64,000 bases of DNA from Chrysomallon squamiferum. Lineage: Eukaryota > Animalia > Mollusca. The notes beneath the pieces are model-generated. The model did not search any database, was not told the DNA's origin, and was given only the letters and a program-made list of their open reading frames with translations. A program made the position numbers and the translations under genes. The stretch is from contig CM022675.1 of the NCBI GenBank assembly GCA_012295275.1, positions 12,338,001 through 12,402,000 on the forward strand, read 5' to 3'. This document shows, piece by piece, positions 40,101 through 53,722 of the stretch (positions within the stretch are counted from its first letter, which is position 1; each line of letters starts with the position of its first letter).

Positions 40101-43100
40101 TTTATGATGTCATTGAAATTACAGTAATTCAGTGCAATTTTTCTTTACCATAAATAATTAATTAATTAAATAAGTAATAATGAGGGGGGTAAAGTTATCT
40201 ATAACACAAGCAAGTAATTGTTAAAACATATAATTAAATTAAATTATGAAAACTGAAATAGGCTAACAGCATTCATATGTAATTAGCATATTCCTATTAA
40301 TGTATTCAGATGACAAATAATACATCTAACAGTCTACACGATGGCATGAGACATGACATGCTGCAGTCATTGGAAAGCCTGCCTCGCATTCCCACTCAAA
40401 CCAACACCCCCTAATATATTAAATATCTATGTTGTGATCTGTCTATTAGGTTTTCTATCATTATTATACAAAAAGAGTATTCATGCTTGACTTATACAGT
40501 CTTAAATTATGAAATATTCATACATTTATTAACAAAGTTATGTTGATATGCAAATATCATTATTGAACTATTATAGGTGACAGCTAATTTCTTTTTTATT
40601 TTAACATTTTAGTACAAACAATGACATAAAAAATATACAAACTTTTCAAAATTTCTATCAAACAATGAAATAATCCTAACAATGGAAAGTGTACTTTATT
40701 TTAGGTAGCAACACATTAATATGTTGGTCTAGTACTAAAATAAAATGTAATAATAATAATAAATAATAAAATAAATAATGTTCAAACTATATAAATAAAA
40801 TTAAATAATAGCAAAAAATCACATAAATACAATTACAATGTAGGCATCAGAATACTTTAAATACTTTGTATTAAGAAAACTATTATTGTTATTTTTTTGT
40901 TTAATTCTTTCATAAGAAAAATGTAATAAAAGAATGTTCTGAAAAATTATATACTTTAATTTTACAATCAAAATTCAAGAACTATGCAAATAACACATCA
41001 ACATGAGACATGTAAAACAATTAAAAATAAGAAATATTCACAAATTAAATTTAAAAAGTATTTTTTTGATTTACTCTTCTTCCTCACAGGAGCTTAACTA
41101 TTTTCACCAAGATATAGACCAGAATAAAAAAGCATTATTTTAATTTCTTTTGTTTGTAATGTAACATTTTCAACAAAACAAAAATGTCAAAAACCAGTAA
41201 TATAAAATTCACTGTAATGGACATCTCTACATAAAAGAAAACCTGTATGAAGAGGACAAATTAAATGCTCTTTGCTGTTTATTAGTTTTATATATAATAC
41301 ACAATCCAATTTTATAAACTTTTATTACAAATATTAAAATATGCATCTAGTTTAATCAATAAAAAATTAAACAGGAGTAACAGCATTATATAACATTAGT
41401 TGGACATATTGCATAATTATAACACTAGATTTTCTTTGTGAAAAATTCTGAAAATTTATAATTAATAATTAAAAGTAAAATGTATAGAGCTGTTATTATG
41501 TAAATAAATTAACTTCCAAAGTACTTATTAAGTGAGGATAAAAAAGTAAATATAAAAAGTATTGTATATTTCGGATTAAGCTTAAATGCATATGATAAAG
41601 GTCTGAAAAATAAGTGTAAATTCTAAATTTTTTGTGCTTCTAACTTCAAGATTATATTAGATAAATCGTAAACCCTGAATGTTTTAAGAATAATGTATAT
41701 ATACAAATAAATTGTTATTATATATTTGTGCATCAGTATTACTTTAATTACTTGGTTGTTAACACATCATATCTGTTCATTTAATTAATCAGTTAATGAA
41801 GTAATTAATACTGGCTGTAAAAAAATATCTTCTGTACTCATTTAATTTTATTTGAAACATTGAACTTAATTTCAACAACAGCTTTCAGTAAGCTTGTATT
41901 TTACATATCATCAAGGTATAGTACAAGTATTATAAATAAAACAGAAAAAATTATGTTTATTCATAATCAATTTGCATATTGAAAAATAAATGCAAATATT
42001 TAAAATTAACAATATACATTAAAACAATATATTTTAAAATGCTCAGCTCTCTTAATTTTTTTTATAAAATAATAAATAAAAAATCATTTATTTATCTAAG
42101 AAAGAAATTTTATGCTGCTTTAAGTTAAATGTCCAAAAAGTATTTTAAATATAAGTGTTGTAAATTTTGCGGATTTTCAGTTTATATTTTTGGAAAAGAA
42201 AAGTTTGTAATTTGTCCTCAATATACATGTTTTACCAATAGCTAAACAGAAACCAAATTCTAAGGGAAAAATTACAATCTGATACTTACATGAAAAACTG
42301 CGACCCATTTGTATCCTTACCACGGTTAGCCATTGACAGGAGAAAAGATGATTCATGTTTGAGATTGAAGTTTTCATCTGAAAAATTAGTTTGTAATGTG
42401 CAAGCAATCGTCAGAGCAGTCATTATTTATGCCTGTTTAACTTGCAATGTTCTGTGACAAACATTACAATTTACAGTTTGTCAACAGAATATTACTTATT
42501 TCCACAATATACTACATACAGTACAATATAGACTCAAACAACTATAATAAAGTAACACAAATATTTTAAACCTATTTGAAAAAAATGGTACCACAACTTG
42601 AAAATTATAATGTTATTTTACAATTTCCCCATACATTCATTATTTATACATATAATTAATAATTAAATTTAAATATTTTCATATAACAATAAGTTTTATT
42701 TTCAGTCAGGTGTTTAATGTTAAAAATGGAGAGTGAGTTAATAAATAAAACTAAATTAGGGTAAATTAAAATCATTTTGTTTTGTTACTTTAACATAGAA
42801 TATTAATCACAAATTTTATTTTCCACTTGTTAAAAAAAAATAAAAAATGTATGTTAAGTAGAGGGTTAGGATTATGTAAATGAATATTCAGAAATATTAT
42901 TTTATCCAGCAAGAAAAAGACAAAAGCAAGGATTACTGGAGACTGTGTAACATAATGTACTACAGTAACAGCAATGTTTTATCTTAAGATAAATAAAATA
43001 TTAATGATTTTACTCATCAGTAATTAAATTTACTCTTGTCAACAAAATAACATATTATGTATTTAAAAACAATTAAAATGTTTCTTTATCAATGCTGATA

Positions 43101-44807
43101 AGGCTGAAGTTGGCCTCTCTGTCATTTTGCCAGGCCAGAGGTATTAAAATACATACAGTTTATTTTAAAATATTTGACAATTATTCAATATATATATATA
43201 TATATATATATTTTAATAATTCATTTGATAAACACAAACAGAAGAACTACATACAATTCCCAAAATTAAAAACCCCCAATAAAATCTTCAAATAGTCATT
43301 TTTCTTAAAAACAAATATTATAAATATAAAAGGGGAAAAATATATATATTATAAACACTTACCAGGAAACACCCCTCCATAAATTGACTCCCCACCTGTA
43401 CCATCACCTGAAAAAGACAATTACTAACATAAATATTTATACTCAGTAATCGCTGACATGCTGAAAATTAACTTTTCCCAACAAAAGTAAGAATTTTTTT
43501 TTTTTTTTTATAAATTATAGATCATTTCAGGTTAAAATAAAGTTAATTTTTTTTTTAAATTTAACTAATTAGGTTTTTTCTTATTAACATTATTCTGTTA
43601 TGTCAAACCTGGAAATGTGTGCACACAAGCCATTATCTCTGTACTGAATGTTTTTATTGTTACAAATAAATATAATTAAATCTGTCAGTTTTAAATTTCT
43701 ATGAGCAACATTTGTACTATTAAAAATATTTGACAGTTCATGTTTCAATACATTCTGCATTCCAGCTTTTTCTATTAAAAAAAAAAAAAAATGAAACAAT
43801 AAAAAAAATAATTTTAAATTACCTTTCGTGAAGTCTCCTCCCTGTACCATGAAATCCTTCACTACTCGGTGAAATGGGGATCCTTTATAGTGGAGGGGTC
43901 TCCCTGATACTCCAGTCCCCTTTTCTCCTGCAAGCAAAACATTTCAATTAAATATGCCAGAACATAAGCTGGAACAAATTACTGTCGGTAAAGTTCAGTT
44001 AATAGTAAATACAATAAAAAATAAAAAAATATAATTATTTTTTAAAGATTATAAAAATAAATGTATTTCTTGTTTTGTGTTACATTTCCTATTTAAATCA
44101 TCCATTTCTGCTGTATTTTAAAAATTACATACATTTCTTTATTTAATTCATTATAATAATCAACAATATTTTAATTATTTAATGATAATAAAATATGAAT
44201 ATCATTTTTTACTTTAGTTATTATTACTATTCTTTATTTACTCAAAACTATAAATAAAAATAACAAAATGTTATACCTGTGCAAAGAGCCCGAAAATTTT
44301 CACAAGTTTTAGGACAAACATCAGAGAAAAGTTCAAAAACTATTCTCCGGCTGTAATGAGTAAGTAAAAATAACTAAGGACTGAAAACTGGTATCTTCAA
44401 AAATTCAATCATTCATGAATATTAAAAATGAAAGATGAAAAAATTAAGCAGCATTCAGTATACATAACAAAAAAAAGTACAATGTACCTATATAATTTGC
44501 TGTTTCACAAAAATATAATATAATATAAAAAAAATTATAAATCTGAATTTGAGTTTTACAGTCAGTTTTAAAAGAGAAACCAACATTAGAAATAAATAAT
44601 GTTGATGAACGATGGTCAACAAAAATCTATAAATAATGTAGACAACAAACATTAAATTTTAGTATTTTATGAATAATAATTTAAATATAATTTGGCTTTA
44701 TTTAAACTATTTTGTAAGGGTGTGAGTTAACAATGATATGTACCTGATTGACCTCCTATATCAATATCAAAAAAACATCGTGATCGATAATTTCCTCCAA
44801 TAGTCAT
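27558..44807 (-). CDS. PPIG: SR-rich nuclear cyclophilin (peptidyl-prolyl isomerase G / NKTR family), about 1684 aa
   Basis: Coding exons: 44807-44744 ([19 protein letters not shown]), 44350-44277, 43927-43823 ([22 protein letters not shown]), 43407-43363, 42377-42290 ([15 protein letters not shown]), 38409-38380 ([10 protein letters not shown]), 37814-37669 (HVVFGRV), 37081-36880 (K/S/E-rich), 36311-36180 ([14 protein letters not shown]), 35659-35548 (GRRIKGRG), 35114-34885 (TPPHWK), 34251-34204, 33864-32224, 31644-31543, 31231-30829, 30550-30497, 30334-30216, 29996-28731, 28184-28128, 27693-27558 (RS tail). Coding exon 2 appears to be 1 nt short. Orthology to PPIG versus NKTR cannot be resolved here. 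Confidence 0.92.
28345..28721. repeat. 54-bp minisatellite in a PPIG intron, about 7 copies
   Basis: Unit TAAAATAACTATTTTCTATACAGTGAGAAGTCAGCAGGTKATGAAACACYGTGT, starting about 10 nt from the donor at 28730. Confidence 0.93.
39665..39694 (-). other. Candidate 30-nt poison microexon in a PPIG intron
   Basis: tatacag|AATCACAGAATGACACGCTCTGCTGAACAG|GTAACC. Same length and phase (2-2) as exon 38409-38380, with an in-frame TGA. Confidence 0.6.
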
Positions 44808-45299
44808 CCTAAAAAACAAATAATTTTGTAATTAGTAGATAATATTTATAGCATCAAGATACAAATACCAGTTGTACAGCTGGAATCTGTCAGAAAGATA
44901 CAAAATAAAAAAAATAAAAAATGTCTCTTTTTAAGAACATTTAAAACATATTTAACTTTTAAAAGCATTAAAATATAATGGGACATACATCTTTATAATG
45001 ACCTATCTAAAACAATTACTCTTTAATAGAGTTATATTAGCAAACCATATTAAAACTGTTGAGGATAACTGGTTCTGTCCACAGTCCAGGTATTTAATAA
45101 TTGATATAAAGTGCATAATTTACTGTTAAAACTCAGAAACATCAAAATGTTTGCCAACAGTATTTTGCAATCTGCTAGTACAAAGTCAGGTTTGCATTTC
45201 AAAAGAATAAATTTTGTGTTAATTTGTATCAATATTTGTTTTAATCAAAGAGAATTGTTTTTTTTTTTAATTTTTTTTATCTTTTCTTTCTTCACTTAC

Positions 45300-45920
45300 A
45301 CGTTTTCATACTGTTGAATCATACGTACAGAACAAGCTGTCACTGTTATGTTCTTATTCAGCTGTTGTATATTAAAACTAAATCCTAATATTTAATAAAA
45401 CTGGCACAAGAGCGAAAGGCTGTCGTCGATAATATCGAGCCAAACGCGATAAAACCAGAAGTGGCAGAACTTGCTCTTTTGCAGAAGTCGGCACTGTTTC
45501 TGTATTCACACTCTTAACAGTAAACAGATTGAAAATAAACATAAAAAAAACAAAACCATTTTTTAACTGAGACATTGTAAAAATTAAAATTCTGCATTTA
45601 AAGAATCATATGATACAAATGATAAAGGAAACCTGAAATATCTTCTGTACTTTTTTCTTCCAGAACTCCCAGGATTGGCGGAAACGGATATTAATTTTAA
45701 TTTGGACTGGTTCTGTTGTTTCTTTCTTACTCCATTCTTTGAACAATTATTACAAGAGGCGTAATGCAAATGTAAAAACAGTTTGATAATCTATATATTT
45801 CTTTTTTAACATTTACTTTAGTCACTATAGTTTGTCAGTGATATGTTTTATCGAGGTTGACAATGATGTATTAATAACAGTGAAACTAATTTTTTCTCAT
45901 CTGATTTTTTTAACGAAAAT
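45300..45920. promoter_or_regulatory. Bidirectional promoter region with non-coding first exons of PPIG (-) and B3GALT (+)
   Basis: Outward-facing GTAAGT donors at 45299-45294 (-) and 45921-45926 (+). Both start codons lie just after splice acceptors (44809/44808 and 46567/46568). Local CpG enrichment and an ATTGG (CCAAT) box near 45674. Confidence 0.6.
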
Positions 45921-46571
45921 GTAAGTATGAATATTTCCTCCATATATTATTTTATATTTTAAAAATATAACTTTGAGAAACACCGTTTAACTTTTAAGAG
46001 GGTAAATCATAGAATCAGTGTATTGATAAATAACTAAGGATAGAAACTTAGAAAGGCGGGGAAAATAAAATAGAAAGAAAAAGAAAATTAGAAATAAATA
46101 TATTTCTAATCTACACAAAATTTACTTAGTTAAATGCATATCTATCTATGACATCTAAATGTTTAAATCTGAAAGCGTAAATCAACACTTAAATTTAAAG
46201 AAATTATTATTATTATTATTTAATAATTTATCTATAAGCATGTGAAATGGTCCCTTAAAAGTATGCAATATGTATACATTAGACATGATTAGGTATGTCA
46301 GAATAATTATAATGTCAGTATTTTTCTGGCTTGCAAGTCAGTGACTTTGCACTGCATTAACTGGTCAAAATTTTATTAACACATAAAGCAAACAATGAAT
46401 ATATGATTATGAATAATAATAAAATCAGACCAACTTAAAAAGAAAATTGACATACCTAATGTATATTTACGATATTAGGGAATTGTCACATTATTAAAGG
46501 CTGTTTATTTTCTAGTCTTAGGTTGCTAGTGGGTGCTTCTAATAAATTATTTGTTTTATATCCTCAGATTA

Positions 46572-47639
46572 ATGGCTGCCTTCTTCTGTGAGCGTTTTTA
46601 TACAAGATCTTGGTTATGCCTGGCAATCTTATTCTTTATCTGCATTGGATTTAACATGGTTTTGTTTTATGATTCCTTCAAGCCATTCAGATTTGTTGGA
46701 AAAACACATATTTTAAATCTAACCACTGTTACAGATATTTCAGAAACCATTCCAATAGTCAGATCTTCTTTAATTCCATTAGTACCATCAACCAAAAATC
46801 CTTCAAGTTTACAAAAACACACTGATGAAGTAATTAACTTGCACAACTTCAGATATTTAATTAATGAACCAGACATTTGTAAAACGTCTCCAGATCTGAT
46901 CATAATAGTGTGTACAGCTGTGAAGAATTTTAAAGAAAGAAGGACTATACGAGATACTTGGGGATCAGCTAAAATTCTGAATCATAACAAAAGTAAATTA
47001 GTGTTTCTTTTTGGAACTGTAAAATCCAAACAACAGCAAGAAAGTTTATTGAATGAGAGCAAGCACTATGGTGATATAATTCAAGAAGATTTCATGGACA
47101 GTTACCAGAATCTAAGTCTTAAATCTGTGGCTTTGCTCAAGTGGGTTAGTAATTTTTGCATGTCATCAAAATTTGTTCTGAAAGCAGATGATGACATGTA
47201 TGTTAACATTCCAAATCTTTTGAAAGCATTACTAAAAGTTTCGAAACCCAAATTTATTCTTGGATTCATATTTGAAGGAGCCAAACCCATACAAGACAAA
47301 CGTTCCAAGTGGTACACTCCTCTGAAGCAGTTCTCAGAAAAAATCTATCCAAAATACGTTTCTGGCACAGCCTACTCCATGACAACTAGTTGTGTACCAG
47401 ACTTGTTCAAAGCCTCACTGCAGATTAAAACATTTTGGCTGGAAGATATTTATGTTACTGGATTACTGGCAAGGAAAGCCAACATAGACCGGCTACACAG
47501 CAGTCATTTTTCTTATCTAAAACGACCAGCTACTGGATGTGCATTCAGAGACGCAATTACAGGGCATGACTATAGTACAGCTGAGCAAATTAAAATTCAC
47601 AAAGAGCTCTATAATGTTAACATCACATGTAAGACATAG
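46572..47639 (+). CDS. Beta-1,3-galactosyltransferase-like (GT31 family), single coding exon, 355 aa
   Basis: ATG follows the acceptor tcctcag|. Type II membrane anchor (WLCLAILFFICIGFNMVLF) and GT31 motifs RRTIRDTWG, DIIQEDFMDSYQNLSLKS, KADDD (DxD), YPKYVSGTAY and LEDIYVTG. Confidence 0.93.
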   Translation: MAAFFCERFYTRSWLCLAILFFICIGFNMVLFYDSFKPFRFVGKTHILNLTTVTDISETIPIVRSSLIPLVPSTKNPSSLQKHTDEVINLHNFRYLINEPDICKTSPDLIIIVCTAVKNFKERRTIRDTWGSAKILNHNKSKLVFLFGTVKSKQQQESLLNESKHYGDIIQEDFMDSYQNLSLKSVALLKWVSNFCMSSKFVLKADDDMYVNIPNLLKALLKVSKPKFILGFIFEGAKPIQDKRSKWYTPLKQFSEKIYPKYVSGTAYSMTTSCVPDLFKASLQIKTFWLEDIYVTGLLARKANIDRLHSSHFSYLKRPATGCAFRDAITGHDYSTAEQIKIHKELYNVNITCKT

Positions 47640-47655
47640 TTTGTTTCAGATTTCT

Positions 47656-47703
<48 letters not shown>

Positions 47704-47997
47704 TTTTTTTTGGTCTAAACATATATATATATATTTTGTTTTTTTTTGGTCTAAACATATATTTTATAGGTTACACATTTTACACCATTGTCTAAACTTA
47801 TATTATGCTATATTGTCTAAATCAGGAGTTTGCACTAGCTTTACTCTTCAGGATTCCTTAAAACCATTCATGGAATCCTTTGTCCTTCACAAGCATGTCA
47901 AATAAATAAATTTAAAAAATCCCATTTAAACAAGCATTTTTTTTGTTATTTATATACCACATTCACATTGTTTTTATATACATACATACATATATAT

Positions 47998-48028
<31 letters not shown>

Positions 48029-48077
48029 TATCTAAATAAATATTGTATTAGTTTAAAAACTAAGTTGCTTATTGTTA

Positions 48078-48247
48078 AAATCCTTCACTACTCGGTGAAA
48101 TGGGGATCCTTTATAGTGGAGGGGTCTCCCTGATACTCCAGTCCCCTTTTCTCCTGCAAGCAAAACATTTCAATTAAATATGCCAGAACATAAGTTGGAA
48201 CAAATTACTGTCAGTAAAGTTCAGTTAATAGTAAATACAATAAAAAA
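48078..48247 (-). pseudogene. 170-bp recent copy of the 5' part of PPIG coding exon 3 plus upstream intron
   Basis: Matches 43852-44021 in the same orientation with two substitutions that I could find (aagCtgg/aagTtgg, gtcGgta/gtcAgta). Confidence 0.92.
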
Positions 48248-51200
48248 TTTACAGTGCTATTTAAGCCATTATATTAATGTGTATATGTCTGTGTGTTATT
48301 TATTTTTACCATATCTGAAACAATTTATACACACACACACATACACATGCAAATAGGCACACTCGTACTTATAATAAATAGTTGTATATATTATTGATTT
48401 TATATATATAAATAATTTAATATACTCTTTCTAAATGAATTTATTACTTTTTTTATTCAACAAAAAGACAGTATAAAATAAAATCAACTTTTAAGAATTA
48501 ATAAAATATGAAACAATTTTATATATATACACATAGTATATATAAACATCCAGATTAAAATTTTAATATTTATAATCACACTTTTACAATATATATATAA
48601 TGAGTTCAAAACAAAAGTTCATTGCATTTTTCAGTAGGTGATTTCATTTCACATGTAACAAATCATGACCTATATAAGTATGTTCTAAAAGGTAAACAAA
48701 ATGGTATCTGTGTGGATAAATAAACCTCTGTACAGATATCTAAACCTTTGAATTTCACTTAAAAAAGATATATTTTTAACATAATACATTTTCTAAAACA
48801 AAACATATCAAAATCATTATAAGCAAAATTTTAAATTATTGTTGAAATTGAATTCATATACATGGCAGCCACACACACACACATGCATATACATATACTT
48901 ATGTATATTCACACATCTAGTCATATATTCATATATATATATATATACACACATATTTGTACAATAAGCTACAAAAAGTTGATTTATATATTATATACAT
49001 GTAGAGAGAAAGAGAGAGAGACTATCATATTCCTTTGTTTTTCTTGTATATATAAATACTGTTTGCTTTAATGTTTATTTTACCACAGACTTTTATGGGT
49101 GATGATTTTTATTTATTTTTTTTTTTTTTTTTTTTTTTTTCCAATGATTGTTGTTTTTATTAAAGCATTATTTCTTTGGTAGGCTGGCCTATCATGAAAA
49201 CATCCTGATGATAAACAATGTCAAAACCTTTTTTTTATTATATACTTAACACACTGGTATGTCTTGCCAAGTAATTTATTTTATTCACTTCTGTATTTCA
49301 GTTTATTTATATATATATATATTAAATTTAATAAAATATTTTATTCTACAAAGTTGTTTTTATTTGTCACATTCATTTTGAGATTTTGGTTTCTTCAAAG
49401 TATTTTTATTTTAACGTTATTATAATTATTACAAGTACTACTATTATTATTAATATTTTTGGTATTATTATTATTATTAGTAGTAGTAGTAGTAGTAGTT
49501 TACGTTCACCATCCTTAGGATATTAATTCTACAAGTCATGTCTTTGAAATGCCATTTAATACACCTATCTAGTTGTTTTTTACAAATTCAAGTTTACATT
49601 TTACAATGTATGGTATTTGTGTTCTGTACAGTGATAAGTATTTTCTTTATTCAGTGAAACCAGATGTGAAACAGTTATGGTTAACAGTCAGTAGGTTATA
49701 ACAATAAATTGAGAATTACAAATTAGAATGGCTTGTCCATATTTACGTGTTACATCAACACCGTTCAGCAGGATTAGTGACAAGTTCACATGGTACATCT
49801 GAAATAATTTACTCCAGATTAGTGATTGCTGGATCAGTGATTGTCGACTTGTATTATTATTGGATGCTAGCTTAATTAATAACAGCAGATTACTATTCCT
49901 GAAACAGATTAAGAACCTGAATAATCCTGGTTGGGATTAGAAAAAAGTGGTTTGTCAATTGAATAGCAACTCCTTTGAAATCATTATGCTTTAATCTGCT
50001 GATTAGGATTAGGAAAATTTTATATTACTGTTATTGTCAATATTTTTATATAACACTTAAGAGGCTGAAGCTGAAAAATATTAAACAGTTCCATAACTAA
50101 ATAACATAATTGTTTGGTTTTTTTTTATTTGTTTTTTTAAATGCATACTTCGAACAAATCACAGGGAGGTTTTAAGGAATAGGAATTTTGTTTTGGATTA
50201 GAGTTCCCAAAACAAAAATTATTCCCAAAACAAGAGTTCTTCAGCTGATGACAGTTTTTCCATTTTTGCAATAAAAAATAAAAATAAATAAATAAATAAA
50301 TAAATAATCATCTTCAGAATTCTTGTGAATAGAACATTAAAACAAGACCAACAATATTGTTTTATCTGATTGATTTATTTGCAAATAGCAATTATTAAAT
50401 ATTCTTTTCTGCACAGGTGTGAAGCAATATTAGTATTAAAATATTCTGAAGCATTCTGAATGCCAATTGATTTATGAATATATGCAATTTATGTACATAA
50501 AAAAAATCAATAAAAAATGAACAGTATTAATCCATAAACACATCTGTTGTATGAAACATGTCTAGAAAGATTGTCAAGATAATTACACAGACAGACCGAG
50601 ATCAAATAACAAATATAAAAATGTTCTAGCGTAAAATAAATGTGATGATCCTGAAATTGACAAAACAAAACAAAAAAAAGCCTGTAAAAACTCGTAAAAA
50701 GTTGTGGAGGGGTACAGATGTATAACACTAATCTTCTTGATCAGTGGGTATCTCACTGACGAGGTAAATGATAATCTGTGGTAAAATAAACATGGGATGA
50801 GAATACTGTGAATTGGAGAAAAACAAAAAATCAGCAAGTTTGTTAATTGGAAAATGGCAAACAGCAAAATTTCAACTTCTGAAATAATTTAACGTTCATA
50901 CATTTGATAAATCTGCAAAATGTGGTTAATGCTAATGATATGTTGGAGCAATTTAAAAAAAAATAAATAAATAAATAATACAAATAAAAGAAACAGAAAA
51001 ATAATTTACACTTCTTCAGTCTTGTCTTAGAAACCATCCAGTGGATTTACAATACATATATTATTAATTTATTTTTTTAATATAAATTTATTTTATTCAT
51101 AGTACAATTATTCTTCTCTGACAAGTTTACAGAAAAATGACTGTGTTCGTCTGAAACCTATTTACAGTATAGTTTTTTGTTTTTTTAAATAATTTTAAAA

Positions 51201-51986
51201 AAATATAATAAAAAATGCAATGTAATGTAATATAATATATAAAAATAACTTAGAAAATGAATAAGTATTCTATTAAACAGTAGTTGTTAAAATGGCAACT
51301 AAAAAATATATTTTTTAAATATGCAGATTTATTTATGACATTTAAGTAGTAAAATAAATGTAACCGGGTAGTTGGTGAGATTTTTTATTTTACTTTTCTT
51401 AAATTTTCAAAAAATTAAAAATGGTTTTATTTAATTTTAATTTTTTATTTTTTTTTATCATTGTTATTATTTAAATTTATTTTAAACAGCAATAAATTAC
51501 AAAAGCATTTTTCATCATCTGGCACTAAAGCATATGATTTCTTACCACAGTTGACACATGTACACATTCTGAAAGGTGAACAAAATGACACATAATTATG
51601 TGGTTGAATAAACCTGTGTACAGGTGTCTAAATATTATCTTTGAATTTCACTCCAAAGTGCTATACACTTTTAGTCAAACCCAGTTCTTCTTGTAATTAT
51701 CCCTTCAATGTCAACAAAATGGCAGATTTTTGGGAAAGCGTGAGAGATGAATAGAGCCAGACTCACAAATAACTACACATTTCACACCTATCTAACCTAG
51801 AACTGAGTAATATATCAACACTGTATGGCAAGCATTCGTTAAAAGAATTCCACATTTAATTTACAATCTGTTCCACTCAGTGGATTCATAGAATCAAATC
51901 AACATTTAAAAATCATAGATTTAACAGCTTTCCTGTAACAGTTATCACAGCTGTGTACTACTGTTCATAGATTGTTTTGATAACTA

Positions 51987-53686
51987 TTATGTAGTGTGTG
52001 GCTTCGTTGGTTTCACCGTATCACCAACATGTAGAAAGTGAGTGTCCAAGTTTTGGCAAGAATCCATCGACAAGTACACACCAAAGGGAACCTTTAAAAA
52101 AATAATAATAATTAAAAATAATATTAATTTGAACATTTTAATGTAATTATCAGTTATTCTTGTCTTTTTAGTATTAATGTAATTTACAGCCTTGTTTCTC
52201 ATGCAAGAACTCTAATTATAATTTACATCTTAGGGATTCATTAATGGCATCTGTTAATATTTTTATTCAGATAAAACATTTATTAATAACAACAACAATG
52301 AACAATAAGAATAAAAATAACAAGAACAATAATTTATTGTTATTATTTACTGTTTTGAGAATAATAATAATATTATTATTATTATAATAAAAATACCATA
52401 ATGACAATAATGATATATACTTTACAAATTGTGTTTCATCCATTACATCAGTGGCTAGATCAAAAACAAGTATGGCAACTTTAAAAAAAAAATTGATCTT
52501 TGTAAAACATGTATTTACAATAAAAGTAGATTACAGATACATTTAATTATCTTATCTACTAATTATAATATAAAAGATACTAAATGAAAATATCCTATGT
52601 ATGAATATTTAAAAATTCTACCTTCCCTCCTCTCCAAGATGCAAGAGTTCTCAATGGTTCTTTAGTTCTCTCCCCTGACACTGGATCAAAACAAACCATT
52701 TGGCATCGGTAGCACTGGCCCTGACACTGAAATAACCAGATCTTTTTTTAAAATAATTATTATTATTCATATTTTACAATTTACTGACTATTTCTCTTGC
52801 ATGCTAATAATTTTTAGAAGAAAAAAAAAGTTAAAAAAAAAGCTGGAATAAACTCACAGTTAGTTTTGTGGTTCCAAACATCACAGATTCCCAAGTTTCT
52901 TCTTCAAATGGCTGGCCTCCATCAATAACCAGGTTACCACGGAAACGAGACACAAGATTATCTTCATCTGGGATAAATAAAGATTAACTTGGTTATAGTT
53001 AATTTTTGTTGTGAGATACAGATTCAGCAAGTAGCACATAAGATAAACTGATTTCTCTGTGATTATTTTAATTAAAATCAAGGGATCAAAATGTCTGAGT
53101 ATTTATGAAATATAATATATTATTTTTTAATTCCTGAACATTTATATTATCCTTTACAAATTCAAAACCCTTTTTTTATTTATTAATTTGTTATTAAATT
53201 AATTATCATTTATATATATTATTTCCTAATCTGACAAAATAACTTTAATATTCTATTTGATCTATTTTCTGTGCATTTGGATGATTTACAATATAAAATA
53301 AAATCTGTTTTTAACAGAATGTCATGAATTATTTCAGTTATTTCACTTCCTTGCATAATTAAAAACAAAATAAAACAAATAAACAAAAGAACCAAAAGCA
53401 GATTAACAAATCAGTGTTCAAAGAAACATGTTTTTTATCATTTGAAGTATATATTTAAAATTATTTTTATTTTAATTACTGTTATCATTTTTATTTCTAG
53501 TCAATATATATATTTTTAGAAACCTATCATTTATTGATATTATTTTTGATTTTACCTGGAATATCATCAGTGTGGGACAACTCTAATTTCTCCTTCAGAG
53601 CTCGAACACTCACTCTCGAAATCAGCAAAAACTGACAAACATTGGCAAGAGACAAAGCTGAAAACAGAATAACAAAGATAAATGTG

Positions 53687-53722
<36 letters not shown>

